A stretch of DNA of 64,000 bases from Candidatus Bathyarchaeota archaeon (GCA_963832745.1 CAWHVC010000004.1:64001-128000), one strand, 5' to 3'. Positions 40,587 to 52,914 are shown, counted from the first letter of the stretch. Made by a program: numbers and translations. The notes: generated by a model from the sequence alone, not told the origin.

Positions 40587-41591
40587 ATGTCTGTGAGTAT
40601 TATAATAGTAAATTATAATGGCTTGCTTTATATGAATAAACTTTTAACAAGCCTTCAGAATCAGACTTATACTCATTTTGAGATTGTTTTGATAGATAAC
40701 GCATCAAGTGACGATTCTTTGAGGTTGGTAGATAAGTATGCAGAAATTTTATCTCTCAAGATTATCAAGAACAGAGTTAATGTTGGCTTTTGTGAGGCTG
40801 TTAATCAAGGATTAAACCAATCTAACGGCAAATGGGTTGTGCTTCTTAATAATGATACTTATCTTGATATTCATTGGCTTGAAGAATTAGTCAAAAGAGC
40901 CAATTTAGGCGATAAGCCTGTAGCAGTTGTTAGCCGCATACTTGACGAGGGTTCTAAATTGTCAATATATGGTAATAATTATGACTTTTACGGTGCTACG
41001 CTTGCACAGAATACCTTAAGCCGTGCCAATTTTTTTTACGGTTCTGGGGCATCTCTAATGGTTGAGCGAGAGGTGTTTAAAAAGATAGGTGGATTGGACT
41101 CTGCTTTATTTATGTACCAAGACGATCCGGATTTATGTTGGCGTTTAAGATTAATTAACCGTAAAATTGTGTGTGCCGACCGTTCAATTTGTTATCATAT
41201 GCAATCTTCAGGGACTGTCCTGGTATCTAACATGAGTATGCCCGTTTGGAAGTTCTATTTCGCTCACCCTCGAAACCGCATTCGAGTATTGACCAAGAAT
41301 TATTCAGGTCTAAATATATTGAAACGCTTGCCTCAAGTGGTTGTTTTGATTGAATTTCGTGCAATCCTTCTTACAACTGTGAATAAGAACCCAAATTATT
41401 TGAGTGCAGTAATGAAAGGTTTCGTGTGGAATCTTCGACATCTTAGTGAAACATTAAAGCAACGGCATATTATTCAGCACTCTCGACGAGTGACTGACGG
41501 CGAAATAGAAAGTTTTATGCAACCTTATTCGATTGAGCTTTGGGGTTTTCGAAATTATTCATTACAAACAAAAAACTGCGAAGTTAAGTGA
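40587..41591 (+). CDS. GT2 glycosyltransferase (rhamnosyltransferase-like)
   Basis: IIVNYNG, IDNASSD, LLNNDT, FMYQDDPDLCWR; start most likely ATG 40587. Confidence 0.85.
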   Translation: MSVSIIIVNYNGLLYMNKLLTSLQNQTYTHFEIVLIDNASSDDSLRLVDKYAEILSLKIIKNRVNVGFCEAVNQGLNQSNGKWVVLLNNDTYLDIHWLEELVKRANLGDKPVAVVSRILDEGSKLSIYGNNYDFYGATLAQNTLSRANFFYGSGASLMVEREVFKKIGGLDSALFMYQDDPDLCWRLRLINRKIVCADRSICYHMQSSGTVLVSNMSMPVWKFYFAHPRNRIRVLTKNYSGLNILKRLPQVVVLIEFRAILLTTVNKNPNYLSAVMKGFVWNLRHLSETLKQRHIIQHSRRVTDGEIESFMQPYSIELWGFRNYSLQTKNCEVK

Positions 41592-41600
41592 TATTCAAAG

Positions 41601-42560
41601 ATGATACAAGGAAAGCTTCCTAGTATAATCATTCCCATGTTAAACGAGGCTGAACATGTTGAGAAATTATTAGATAGTATATTGGAACAAACTTACAGGC
41701 CATTAGAATTACTCTTAGTTGACGGTGGATCAAACGATGGGTCCACTGAGATTACTCAAAAATATTCAACGCGTTTTATAGATTCAAGCATTGATATGCA
41801 AATATTTGATGAAACAAAGTTTTCGGGGTTTTTAGGTCCAGCGCATGCTCGTAACGTAGGCATTTTAAATTCTTTGGGAGAATGCCTCCTTTTTATAGAT
41901 GCAGATTTTCTATTATCCGATGACTCAATTGTCAAAAAGGTTATGGCTGCCTTAGAAGTCAATTCTGCCGTAGCGGTTGAAATAAAACCTTTAATTGACA
42001 ATTTTGTGGAAGAACAAGTGGCAATGGACGATTATAACACAAAATACCATAAGACTATACATTATTATTTTGCGCTTCAAAAAAGCGCGTTAGAGGGTCA
42101 GTTGTTTGATGAGCATCTAGGGTTTGGCGAAGACTCCGACTTCTTCGAACGCATAAATGCAAAGCCAATTCTAATAGATGCTACGCTTAGTAGGCATTAC
42201 TGCCATTCATTAAGTGAATATAGCAAACAGTGGCGTTGGTATGGTAAAACAACTGTTCCCCTATTAAGAAAGTATTCTTATAATCCAAAAACGATTTTGA
42301 ACACTGTTGTTTTGTTAGCTCCTTTTTTCTTATTGATATGCGCTGTTTTGATAGGTCTCTTTGAAATCAAATTTAGTATTGCTTTAATTGTGCTCTATTT
42401 TATGTTTATAGCACTTAGATTCTGGAGGTCTCCAGCTAAAACGCTTTCAAGATTTATGTATTTAATGTTTGGAACAATCTTTCGTTCATATTTCTACGCT
42501 GTTGGACTCTGGTTGTATCTGATAAAGCCGCATATAGGGCTAAATAGGCAACGCAGCTAA
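41601..42560 (+). CDS. GT2 glycosyltransferase
   Basis: IIPMLNE, VDGGSNDG, ARN.G, IDAD, GEDSDF. Confidence 0.85.
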   Translation: MIQGKLPSIIIPMLNEAEHVEKLLDSILEQTYRPLELLLVDGGSNDGSTEITQKYSTRFIDSSIDMQIFDETKFSGFLGPAHARNVGILNSLGECLLFIDADFLLSDDSIVKKVMAALEVNSAVAVEIKPLIDNFVEEQVAMDDYNTKYHKTIHYYFALQKSALEGQLFDEHLGFGEDSDFFERINAKPILIDATLSRHYCHSLSEYSKQWRWYGKTTVPLLRKYSYNPKTILNTVVLLAPFFLLICAVLIGLFEIKFSIALIVLYFMFIALRFWRSPAKTLSRFMYLMFGTIFRSYFYAVGLWLYLIKPHIGLNRQRS

Positions 42561-42675
42561 ATTGATTCCATTAATAAGGAATAAATAGTTGGCTTAAAAA
42601 AGAGTTTGAAGATAATGGTAAATGGGACTATCATAAGCCTTTTTAGTATATTTGCAACTTGAGTAGTGATTTGTC

Positions 42676-43590
42676 TTGAACGAAGTCACTGATTATTATT
42701 CATGCTTAGAAAAAAAGGCAAAATTTATAATCGTTACATGCACCAAGAATGAAGAAAGCATGTTACCCCTTCTTAGTGCTTCTATCTGTAACAGTAATAT
42801 CTTGCCTATGCTTTGGGTTATTGCAGATGGCGGAAGTACGGATTCCACAGTTAAATTAATTCAGGAAAATGAACATGAATGTCCCTTCGTAAAAGGTTTC
42901 TTAATTAAAGATGAACATATCTTGCCCATTGAAAGATATGGTTTTACTGTACGAAAAGGCTTTGACTATGCTGAACGAATTTGTAAAGAAAAAGGATGGG
43001 CTTACGATTTTCTTTGTTTGGTAGATGTAGACGTTATTTTTCCAAAAGATTACTTCACTGCTTTGCTTAACGAATTCAGCAATGACCCCAAACTAGGTTT
43101 AGCAAGCGGAGCTTTCTGCGACGAACATAAAAATTTAGTGTTGAAAAACAAATTTAACGAGCCTAAAGGTCCAATATTAGTTTTTCGAAAGGAATGCTAT
43201 GAGGATATTAGTGGTTTTCCTAATGTGGCTTCGCCTGATACAGTTTCTATCTTAAAAGCTAAAAATAGAGGTTGGACTGTAAAAGAATTCCCTAATATCC
43301 GTGCAGTTCACAGGAGGGAATTTGCCAGTAAGAAAGGTCTTTGGAGGGGCTATTTTATGAGTGGAAAAACGAATTACTACTTAAATTATCATCCAGTTAA
43401 CGCTTTGTTAACTAGTTTGTACTATTTAGTTTTTAAAAGTCATAGATACATAGGACTCGCTTATTTGTTAGGCTATATAACAAGTGCACTTTCTAGAGAG
43501 CAAAAAATAAGCGACCCTGAGGTAAAAAACTATTTTTGGTTAAGTTTTTACCGGCTTACTTTGAAAGTTCTATTAAAAAAGGCAAGTTGA
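42676..43590 (+). CDS. GT2 glycosyltransferase
   Basis: KNEE, ADGGSTDST, VDVD, DPKLGLASG. Confidence 0.85.
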   Translation: MNEVTDYYSCLEKKAKFIIVTCTKNEESMLPLLSASICNSNILPMLWVIADGGSTDSTVKLIQENEHECPFVKGFLIKDEHILPIERYGFTVRKGFDYAERICKEKGWAYDFLCLVDVDVIFPKDYFTALLNEFSNDPKLGLASGAFCDEHKNLVLKNKFNEPKGPILVFRKECYEDISGFPNVASPDTVSILKAKNRGWTVKEFPNIRAVHRREFASKKGLWRGYFMSGKTNYYLNYHPVNALLTSLYYLVFKSHRYIGLAYLLGYITSALSREQKISDPEVKNYFWLSFYRLTLKVLLKKAS

Positions 43591-43599
43591 TAGTTTCTA

Positions 43600-44877
43600 A
43601 TGAATAGCGCTAATTCTTTGAGAATTCTGTTTATAGCTGATGAAAGTACGCATATTGCTATCTTTCATAAAATTATAGTTGAATTAAATAAAATAATGCC
43701 TGTATGGTTTAAGATAATATATTCAAATAGCCTGTCAACCAATCCTCTTAGTATCAGGTTTTACTGTAAATATGAACTTAAAAATTACAAAAAAATTATC
43801 GAGAAAGTTCATCCTGACTTACTAATAGTAGCTAACGATCAAGGAATAAAAACTGCATTTATTAGAATTTGTAAGCTAAAAAAAATTCCTTCGATAGTTA
43901 TACAGGATGGTCTTCTCATCAATAATGAGCCGAAGGGAATTAAGCGCTTTCTTGCTTACCAAAATTACTTACTTTGGAGTGTATTCTCACGTTTAACCGA
44001 AATTTCAGTAATAGCCAAGTTGTCGTTTTTGGTTGGACGCCAGTGGTGCATTCCCTCCTGGGGAACTGGTAATGCTGACTATATCACGGCTATGGGTAAC
44101 TATTCAAGGCAAGTTCTGATATCAAGAGGTGTTTCTTCTGATAGAATAGTTGTTACTGGTTATCCTTTACTTGATGACTTTTATTTTAGCAATTTGGAAA
44201 CTGAATTCACACGTTTTAAGTGGCAAACAGCCGAAGGCAATCAGCCTGTAGTGCTTTTATTTACTCAGCCTTTGGTTGAGGATGGTTTGTGGGCTTTGCC
44301 GTTGCGATCCTTGCATTTTAATTCAGTAGTTGATGCTGTTAAACATGTTAATGGTAAGCTTGTTGTGAAAGTGCATCCTAGAGAAGATATTAAAACTTAC
44401 CAATTGTTAGCCAGTAAATATAGTGGAGTTTCGATAGAGGTAGTAAAAGAGTTTAGCGTTGATACTTTGATTTTGGACTCCGATGTTGTGGTAACTGTTA
44501 GTTCAACGGTTGGGTTGTGGGCAATAGCTTATAATAAACCGCTAATAGTTGTAAACTATTTTCCGCAAGGAAACACAGAAAACTTGCTTAAGAACTTGGC
44601 AACTACCATAAACGACCCACAAGAATTATCCGGAGTTTTAAGCCAGATTTTAACCGATAGGATCTATCGAGTAAAATTGATAGAAAAACAAATGTGCCAC
44701 ATTCAAGACCACTTATACCGTTTAGATGGCTGCGCCTGCCAACGGATTGCAAAACTAATACTATCTATCACTAAAAACAAGCTCGCCCTTGAACAGAAAA
44801 CCCCCCAACCCCTTAAATGCTGTGACCCTTTTAACCTTTTTAAAGGTCGTTTTTCACTAACAAGGTACAATAGGTAA
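43600..44877 (+). CDS. GT-B fold protein (UDP-GlcNAc 2-epimerase/capsule-biosynthesis-like); candidate nonulosonate transferase
   Basis: IQDG, VTGYP..D, VKVHPRE, TVSSTVG..A..KP, DG.A..RI. Confidence 0.65.
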   Translation: MNSANSLRILFIADESTHIAIFHKIIVELNKIMPVWFKIIYSNSLSTNPLSIRFYCKYELKNYKKIIEKVHPDLLIVANDQGIKTAFIRICKLKKIPSIVIQDGLLINNEPKGIKRFLAYQNYLLWSVFSRLTEISVIAKLSFLVGRQWCIPSWGTGNADYITAMGNYSRQVLISRGVSSDRIVVTGYPLLDDFYFSNLETEFTRFKWQTAEGNQPVVLLFTQPLVEDGLWALPLRSLHFNSVVDAVKHVNGKLVVKVHPREDIKTYQLLASKYSGVSIEVVKEFSVDTLILDSDVVVTVSSTVGLWAIAYNKPLIVVNYFPQGNTENLLKNLATTINDPQELSGVLSQILTDRIYRVKLIEKQMCHIQDHLYRLDGCACQRIAKLILSITKNKLALEQKTPQPLKCCDPFNLFKGRFSLTRYNR

Positions 44878-44886
44878 AGAGATGGC

Positions 44887-47800
44887 ATGAAAAGAACGAC
44901 CTATTGGATAATACTCAGTGGAATAGCTGCTTTATTTATACTGTTTTTACTAGGGTCATTTCCGTTAGCATTATGCTTTTCAATACTTTTCTTTTTATTA
45001 TCAGTCACTATCGGCAAGATGCTTTTTACTAACAACGACACTGTTAACGGTATTACGCTTCCAAAAGTAAACGTTAACAAAATTTTTGAAAGCATCCCAT
45101 ATCTTTTGGCAATAGTCGGTAGCATTTTAATTGCGTTCTCGCCTCCATTAAATTTGACCCTTGCCAATAATTCGGTTTTACTTACTTTCTCTTCTCTTTC
45201 AACCGTTTTAATTGTAAAAATACTTTTCAGTCTTTTTCTTATGAGTTTTTTCCCTGGATACATTCTATGTAGACGATTCTTTAACTCTTTTTCAGGAGTT
45301 GAGAAAGCCGGTTTAACTCTTGCTTTAAGCTACTGCTTTAATGCAATCTTAGGGCTACTCCTATCAAGCCTTAACGTATTATCTCCCGTTTCATACTTAA
45401 TTTCCACATGGCTTTTTGTCATAATAATCCTGATAACTAACATTTCAAAAAACTTAGTGCATACGGCTCAAGTATCCTCACAGTATATTCTACGTTGGGA
45501 AACTATTTTGGTACTTTTAACAAGCATAACATTGTTGATTGGAAGCTATGGCATGGCAGTATCCATTGGCCCAATAAGCGGATTGTTCGGTGGCGATCCT
45601 GCTAGGTATATGGTTTATACAAATCAGTATTTTCAGTTAAACATAGCTTCCTATATACCTTGGTTAAGCTCTTACATGCTTATAGGCACGGTTCTAACTG
45701 GTCTGCCTTTGATTTATGTCTATTCTATTATTCAATACTTAGTTCTGCTAGTACCATTCTCCGTTTACTTCTTCATTAAAACATTATTTCCCCAACAAAA
45801 AAAGGCTGCAAGTATAAGTGCATTCATGGTTTCGGTGTTATATGGCTTAAGCAGTTTGCCATTTGTAGCAAGACTTGCAGGGGCACCCTCTCTTTTCACT
45901 GGTTATCTTAACGGTGAGGTTCAATCAACTCTCAGCCAATTCATAAAAATTTTTTGGGCAAACACTCAAAGTTATGTATTATGGAATAGGACAATCGAGT
46001 ATGGCTTAGCTTTTCTAGCATTGGCTTTGCTTTTCAACTACCTGCATAACGATAAGAGAAACGGAAACTTTTCATGTCTTTTAGTAGGCATTTTATTTCT
46101 TAACGCTGCACTCTTTACGCATAGTGCATTTCTAGCCATTCCAGTTTTGAGTACAATTCTTATTTATTCCTTACTTCAGCCCAGTTGCAAGCGTAAACTG
46201 CTTAACATCTCTATTGTATTTGCACTGTTTTTCCTTTCTTTAATTTTAATAACTAACTCGTCATTTTTAAACCAGTTATTAACTCTCGTCGAATATTCCT
46301 TGTTTTCTATTGGAGACTCCAATGCTATACAGAAGTTAGGTATTTTGATGTTAATTTTGTTTCCTACATTTATATTAATACTTTTTAGAGATGAGCTCAA
46401 AATAAAAATTAACTTTTCAAGTTTTCGAAAGGTTAAAAAATTCCATTTGACTATGCCCAACAAGATCCAACGTTGGATAATAGCGTTGCTATTTGTTTCA
46501 TTGTCACTTTTTCTTTGCTATTTAAACTATGATAATTTGTACACTAATACAATGGCTTCTGCTTCAAATCCTTGGTTTGTCTGGGTTGCCTACTTTGGTT
46601 TACAAATAGCTTTAATAATAGTATACCTTCCAATAGTATTTAGAAAATCTGAGCGACGGTCAATATTTTTTTTGTTATCTTTCATCTTTTCGATAGTGGC
46701 TCTATCAGTATTATCATGCCTTCAAATAGTTGTTTTCGTGTCAGGCCTTGGTGCCATGTATCTGTTTTTTATGGCGTATCCGTTAAGTTGTATAGCTGGT
46801 ATAGCTTTAAGTATCTACTCTTCAAGCTCTACTAACCCTCCCAAAGAGCCAACAAAAAATAAACCTTTTAGAATAGGTTTATCTAAAAACAAGCGAAAAC
46901 TATTCTATACCATCGTCACTACTTTTTTACTATTATCAATTGCTGCCTCATTTCTTTCTTACGCTTACTCAGTGTCAATTGATTACCCTCAAGATTTGAC
47001 TCGTCCACGCTTATCAACTTCTGATGCAACGATTCTCCAATTGATGTACAATTCTCTTCCCAAAAGTTCCGTAATAATAGCTCTCTCTGAAAATAGTTAC
47101 CAAATGCTATGTAGTATTTTACCCAACAAAATTCTGCCAATCTATCTAAACATAAACGAAGGCCCTGCGGGTGGTACATGGGCAAGAAACGCAGTTTTGG
47201 AATCTAGTTTACCTGAAGCTGTATTATCAAGTTTGTACCAGTTAGGTGCTACAGATGTTTTTGTGAGTTCAGCTGATGCTTCGTTATTTTCTAATTCAAA
47301 TACTACGTTTGTCTTTAGTAAATGATTTTCCGATAAAATATTCATCAGATAATGTAAAATTGTATAAAATTCCATCTATTCTGTATAGTGACTCAAACTA
47401 TCATTTGGTTTCTGGATTAAATGGTTATCCCTCAAAACAGCCTGTATTCATTGATGTTGACCCTTCCCCAACTGTTATTTTTCCTACTAATCAAAGTACA
47501 TTTTGGGAAGTTACTGCCTTAGATGAAGGAAAAGGCTCTATAGGGTTGCCTGTACTTTCAGAGGATTCTGTAGAGGCATGCGGGAATAGGCGTTTGATGA
47601 TAAGCGTTGGTTCCGGAACTTATTCGAGATGGCAAATTAAACATTCATTTAATGTATCTCAAGATTGGTCACAGTATGACTACCTAGGTTTCTATTGGTT
47701 TGGCACAAATACTAGTGCAACCCTGAGTCTAGGGGCTAACAGTCAACTTAGTGGCTATAATTATCAAAGATATGATTTTGTAGATAATTGGATTGGTTGG

Positions 47801-49229
47801 AAACTGCTTGTAGCCCCACTGAATAAACCGGATGAATCTAGTGCAGGCTGGGTCCGGACGTCACAAGAATAAACAAGATAACTATCGGATTTTGGAACTC
47901 CAGAAACGTTAACGGCACTTTTTCGTTAAATAATGTTACACTAGGTATAGGTCGTTGGATTGAACAGGATTCGTTTGTTCCATCTGACCAATTCCTTACC
48001 AAGTTGCTAGTGAGGGGTTCAGTGCCTTATTCAATAACTCCCGAAAATAGTTTGAATACTCTAGACTCTAACAATGTCTATTTTTTCGCAAATAACCCTT
48101 GTTATGTTTCTTCAGGGCTCTTTAGTAATTTAACCTATTTTGTTAAAAATGGGGCTAATGTCATTTTTACAAATCCTAATTTTGAAGTTCCATGTGCTGA
48201 TTCTACAATTGAGTATTCAATTCCAAATTTGATGAATTACACTTTGACGCTGAATCCCTTGCATGAAAAGTCAATAACTCTAAATAGTAATAGCCAATCA
48301 ATTAATCTCCTTGTTAATGACGCCTTATCGATTGTGTTTTGGGAACTAAGCAGGAATAGAAACAATTGCAAGTTTTAACTTTTCAGACGGGACTAGCGCT
48401 CCTTATATTCTTAGGGAAAAAATTGGCAGTGGATCAATTATATTTGTCGATTTTTCTGTTATATCAGGTCTTTCAATGACTTCTAAAAATGAAATATTAG
48501 ATTTTACTATAGCAATATTGTTAGAAATAATTCCGCCGGCGAATGATTCATTCAATTTTCAACAATTGTCAATTCCTTCACAGGTTTTTAGTGATAAAGC
48601 TTTCAGTGGTACGACCTTTGATTTGTGGAGCAGCCCGGACTTACGCAATAAGTTAACAATATGATAGTGATGTAATAATTCAGGGATCTTTTTCTGTTTC
48701 TTCTGGTTGTATGAAGATGAATTCTGATAGTTTCTATATTGACAAACTACTAATAACTCAAGGTAACAATAGCTATTTTATCGACGATGAATCGGTACGT
48801 AATATTAGCATCTATGGGTCTGGCCAAATATCGTTTAATTCCTCAATTGCAGAATTACACAATTGGCCAACGGGTCAATATAGCATACTTAACGTTACTG
48901 ATTATAGTTCTTCATTAGTTGTTATTACTTGTTACAATGCGACTATTTCGTATGAAACTCAATCAAATGAGACAATATCTTATAGAGGCAATTTTAATCT
49001 TACTTATATTTCAACAGGTAATCCAATATTTATTCGAGCTGAAAAACCTATTTTTGAGATAAATGGGAGTGTTGATGGACGCATGCATGGGGGTTTAATT
49101 TATGATAATTATTACATATACAAGCGTGCAGAACAAACTTCAATTAAAGGTAATTTTTCATTAGTTATACAGTATTCTTCTGGCATTATTTTCGCTGAAA
49201 TGAAAGATGTATGCAATATATTCAATTAG
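44887..49229 (+). CDS. Very large polytopic membrane protein with a long extracellular C-terminus, split by several frameshifts
   Basis: Contiguous ORFs 44887, 47276, 48004, 48476 and 48711 in shifted frames; many TM helices followed by beta-rich domains. Confidence 0.55.
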
Positions 49230-49393
49230 TGAATCTTCTAATGACTGCTCAATAGGGTACTACACTGTTATCAGAAAAACAAATTAGCCAACCTTCTTAG
49301 CCAAGTATTCTCAAAATATATAACTTGCAAAGATAGTTTATCCCTCATGTTAGGTAGCAGATACGCATTTGACGGTCAAACGGTAATAAACCT

Positions 49394-50310
49394 TTGAAAT
49401 CGCAAGTCAATTCAAAAGAGGAATTACTTCAAAACATAACTGTAGGAAAATATCGGCGCGAAGAGATAAAATGTGAATGCGATTCAAACTCTTTTGAATT
49501 ACTATCTGAAAAAGACCGGTACGGTATTCCAGTGAAAACTGTTATCTGCAAAAAATGTGGGCTCATCCGCCAAAATCCCCGTTTAAATGCAGAATCATTA
49601 AGCGATTTTTATGCTAAGCTATATAGGGGTTTGTATGAAAGTTCATCTGTTTCTGCGTTATTTAACAACCAATTACATAGAGGAAAAAAATAATAAAGTG
49701 GATAAACCAAAAATTGGGTTACCTTCCCGAAAAAGTTATTGAAATTGGTTGTGGAGCTGGGGGCATTCTTAAAGCATTTCAGAACATGGGTTGTAAGACG
49801 TTAGGTATAGATTTTAATCAAAAATATCTCGATTTTGGAATTGCAAACGGTTTAGATTTGCGACTTGGTGGCACAGGTGTATTAAAAGACTATACCGCTG
49901 ACCTAGTTATTCTTTCCCATGTTGTTGAACACTTTTCAGACCTGAACAAAGAATTAAGTGCTATTGGTAACTTGCTAAAAGCATCTGGTCATTTGTACGT
50001 GGAAGTTCCTGGAGTTTTTAATTTACGCCCTTATTCTTTTGATTTCCTTCGAAGCCTTCAAAATGCCCATAACTACTATTTTACGCTAGGGACTTTAACG
50101 CAAGTTATGGCGAAATATAGTTGGAGTCTAAAATATGGCGACGAAAGGGTTCGCTCACTATTTATTTTAACTAATAAGAAAGACGACATATCGCAAAACC
50201 ATTACTTTGTAACTATGCATAAACTAAATCAATACGAAAGAATACGTCCCTTATTGCGACCGCAATTAAGCAGTTTGATGAATAACCTTTTGTGGTTAAT
50301 CGATATATAA
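49394..50310 (+). CDS. Class I SAM methyltransferase with N-terminal Zn-binding motif; frameshift in poly-A near 49684-49690
   Basis: CECD..CKKCGLIRQNPR; EIGCGAG, SHVVEH, YVEVP. Confidence 0.8.
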
Positions 50311-50404
50311 TTTATTTAAAAAACGCTTGTAGTTAAGCCTTTCATTTTTTCAATATTTTTAAATATCATAGAATAGCCTACGTAACCTAAGCGGTCGTTT
50401 CACT

Positions 50405-51580
50405 GTGTATAAAGGTCATTACATCATATCTATTATTCCTGCACGTGGGGGAAGTAAAGGTGTTCCGCGCAAGAATATCAAAGAGTTATGTGGCAAACCT
50501 TTGGTTGCTCATTCGATAATACACTCTTTGCACTCTCAGTATGTTGATAAGACTATTGTTTCGACTGAGGATCTAGAAATTGCCGATGTTAGCCTAAAAT
50601 ATGGTGCTGAGGTAATTTTACGACCGCAGGAACTGGCTACCGATGAAACTCCGACTGAACCCGTTATGATCAATGTTTTATCTCAACTCGCTAAGGATAA
50701 TATTGTTCCTGATTATGTTGTTCTGTTACAACCTACTTCACCCATCCGGTTGTCTGCTGACATTGATCAAGCAATTAGAAAAATTATTGATGATAAAGCT
50801 GATTCATTGATTAGTGTCCGTGAAAACAGTTCCTTCTTCTGGTCTAAGGAAAACGAACCTTTAAATTATGACTATCAAAAAAGGCCACGCAGGCAAGATA
50901 AGCAATGGGAACTAATTGAGAATGGTTCGATATACATAACCAAAAGAGAGATTTTAGTTAATGAAAAGAACCGGATAGGTGGGCGTATATTAACTTACCT
51001 TATGCCTGAATGGGCTTCATTTGAGATAGATACTGCCTTTGACTTTGATTTGATAGAATTTATCGCACGAAAATATTTTTCTAACTCTATTACTGGACTT
51101 GAAGGCATAAAGCTTGCTATTTTTGATGTTGATGGTGTTTTTACCGATGGCTCTGTTTATTTGGGTGAAAATGGTCAAGAAATGTTAAAGTTTTCTAGAG
51201 TAGATGGCAAGGGCATTGAATTGTTACAGAGAACAGCTATCGAAATTGCTGTAATAACATCGGAAGATAACGCTATAGTTAGAGAAAGAATGAAGAAATT
51301 GAGTATTAATCGTGTTTATACTGGTATAAAAGATAAAAAATGCATTTATGACTTATTAAAAAAAGAACTAAACATAACAGATGAGGCAGTTGCCTACTGT
51401 GGTGATGATACAGGTGATTTAGTTCCAATTAAAAATGCAGGATTCACTGCTTGCCCTCGTAATGCCGTTGATGTAATAAAGCATGAATGCATGTACGTTT
51501 CATCCCTTACCGGTGGTTCAGGTTTTGTTCGGGAAATATGTGACTTAATCATTGCTTCTAAGGAGAAATCTAAAGAATGA
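50405..51580 (+). CDS. neuA: Acylneuraminate cytidylyltransferase fused to a KdsC-like HAD phosphatase
   Basis: IPARGGSKGVPRKN, LQPTSP.R, ENGSIY, EIDT..D; then FDVDGVFTDG, GDDTGD, GG.GFVRE. Confidence 0.9.
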   Translation: MYKGHYIISIIPARGGSKGVPRKNIKELCGKPLVAHSIIHSLHSQYVDKTIVSTEDLEIADVSLKYGAEVILRPQELATDETPTEPVMINVLSQLAKDNIVPDYVVLLQPTSPIRLSADIDQAIRKIIDDKADSLISVRENSSFFWSKENEPLNYDYQKRPRRQDKQWELIENGSIYITKREILVNEKNRIGGRILTYLMPEWASFEIDTAFDFDLIEFIARKYFSNSITGLEGIKLAIFDVDGVFTDGSVYLGENGQEMLKFSRVDGKGIELLQRTAIEIAVITSEDNAIVRERMKKLSINRVYTGIKDKKCIYDLLKKELNITDEAVAYCGDDTGDLVPIKNAGFTACPRNAVDVIKHECMYVSSLTGGSGFVREICDLIIASKEKSKE

Positions 51581-52452
51581 ATTTAAAAATAGGAAACAAA
51601 GAAATTTCTAATAATAGTCCAATTTTTTTCATAGCTGAAATTGGCATAAATCATAATGGTGACATTGAAAAAGCAAAAGAGCTAATTGATTTAGCTAGTT
51701 TCTGTAAATGCGACGCTGTTAAGTTTCAAAAAAGAACCCCTGAACTTTGCGTCCCCGAAAAACAAAGAGACACCCTTAAGGACACTCCATGGGGCAAAAT
51801 GACTTATTTTGACTATAAAAGAAAAATCGAATTTGAGGAAGAAGAATATAAAATAATTGATGATTACTGTAAAAGGAAAGACATAGTTTGGTTTGCTTCA
51901 CCTTGGGATACGCCCAGTGTCGATTTTTTGGAAAAGTTTGATGTACCTTGTTATAAAATACCTTCAGCAATGATTACAAACAAGGCTCTTTTGCAAAAGA
52001 TTAAAGATACCGATAAACCGATTTTTCTATCTACGGGAATGAGCACTGTAGATGAAATTGACAATGCGATAAACGCTCTTAGCGGTCAACCCATAGTTTT
52101 GATGCATTGTAATTCTTCGTATCCTTCTGATGCTTCAGAACTAAATTTGCGAGTGATCGAACTGTATCGGCAAAAATACTCCGATTGTATTATTGGCTAT
52201 AGTGGTCATGAAAAAGGTTACGCTGCATCCCTCGTTGCTGCAGTCTTAGGTGCAAAAGTTGTCGAACGACATATTACCCTTGATAGAACAATGTGGGGGA
52301 GTGACCAAGCAGCAAGTTTAGAACTAGATGGGTTACGGCGGTTAGTTAGAGATTTATCTTCTCTTGATATGTGGTTGGGTGATGGTGAGAAAAAAATTTA
52401 CCCTTCTGAACTTCCGATAAGAGCAAAACTAAGACCGTCCAATGATACTTAA
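51577..52452 (+). CDS. neuB: N-acetylneuraminate/nonulosonate synthase family protein lacking the C-terminal antifreeze-like domain
   Basis: IAEIGINHNGD, AVKFQKR, STGMS, HCNSSYP, GYSGHE, ERHITLD. Confidence 0.92.
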   Translation: MNLKIGNKEISNNSPIFFIAEIGINHNGDIEKAKELIDLASFCKCDAVKFQKRTPELCVPEKQRDTLKDTPWGKMTYFDYKRKIEFEEEEYKIIDDYCKRKDIVWFASPWDTPSVDFLEKFDVPCYKIPSAMITNKALLQKIKDTDKPIFLSTGMSTVDEIDNAINALSGQPIVLMHCNSSYPSDASELNLRVIELYRQKYSDCIIGYSGHEKGYAASLVAAVLGAKVVERHITLDRTMWGSDQAASLELDGLRRLVRDLSSLDMWLGDGEKKIYPSELPIRAKLRPSNDT

Positions 52453-52719
52453 TTCTTTTCTACTTCCTTACTTTGTTGGTATCAGTTATTACTTTAGGAT
52501 TATTTTGGTAAGCGAAGAGTAAATAGTTAAGATGGATTATTTTTTCGACGCTTCAGGCAGCAACTATTCTTCTTTTTTAAGGGCTTTTTAGCCTTTTATT
52601 TACTTTATGATGCGAGGTCTTAGTTGATTTGATTTTGCTTCAAAAAACAACCCACAATAAAGCAATTGAAAAAACAAAAAATGGCTTGTTTTACTGCTTT
52701 TTTCAGATACTTATTTGTG

Positions 52720-52736
52720 TGTGCATAATGTGCACA
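52720..52736. promoter_or_regulatory. Palindromic operator-like site TGTGCA-N5-TGCACA
   Basis: TGTGCATAATGTGCACA; related TGTGCATAAAATGCAAC at 53066-53082. Confidence 0.45.
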
Positions 52737-52771
52737 AATTGCTTTATGTGCATATAACATTTCAATTGATT

Positions 52772-52914
52772 ATGGCGACTCAGAGGCCAACAGTAAAAGC
52801 GAGAACACATCACGGCACCAGTTCCTTGGATATATCTATACTGCCGATGTAATCAAAGAGTGCAACATACACTCGGGCGATATTTTTGAGGTCACAACCA
52901 TCAACGCGAGCTAA
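52772..52914 (+). pseudogene. AbrB/MazE-like small regulator, frameshifted or degenerate
   Basis: MATQRPTVKARTHHGTSSLDISI then, in a shifted frame, ADVIKECNIHSGDIFEVT. Confidence 0.45.
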
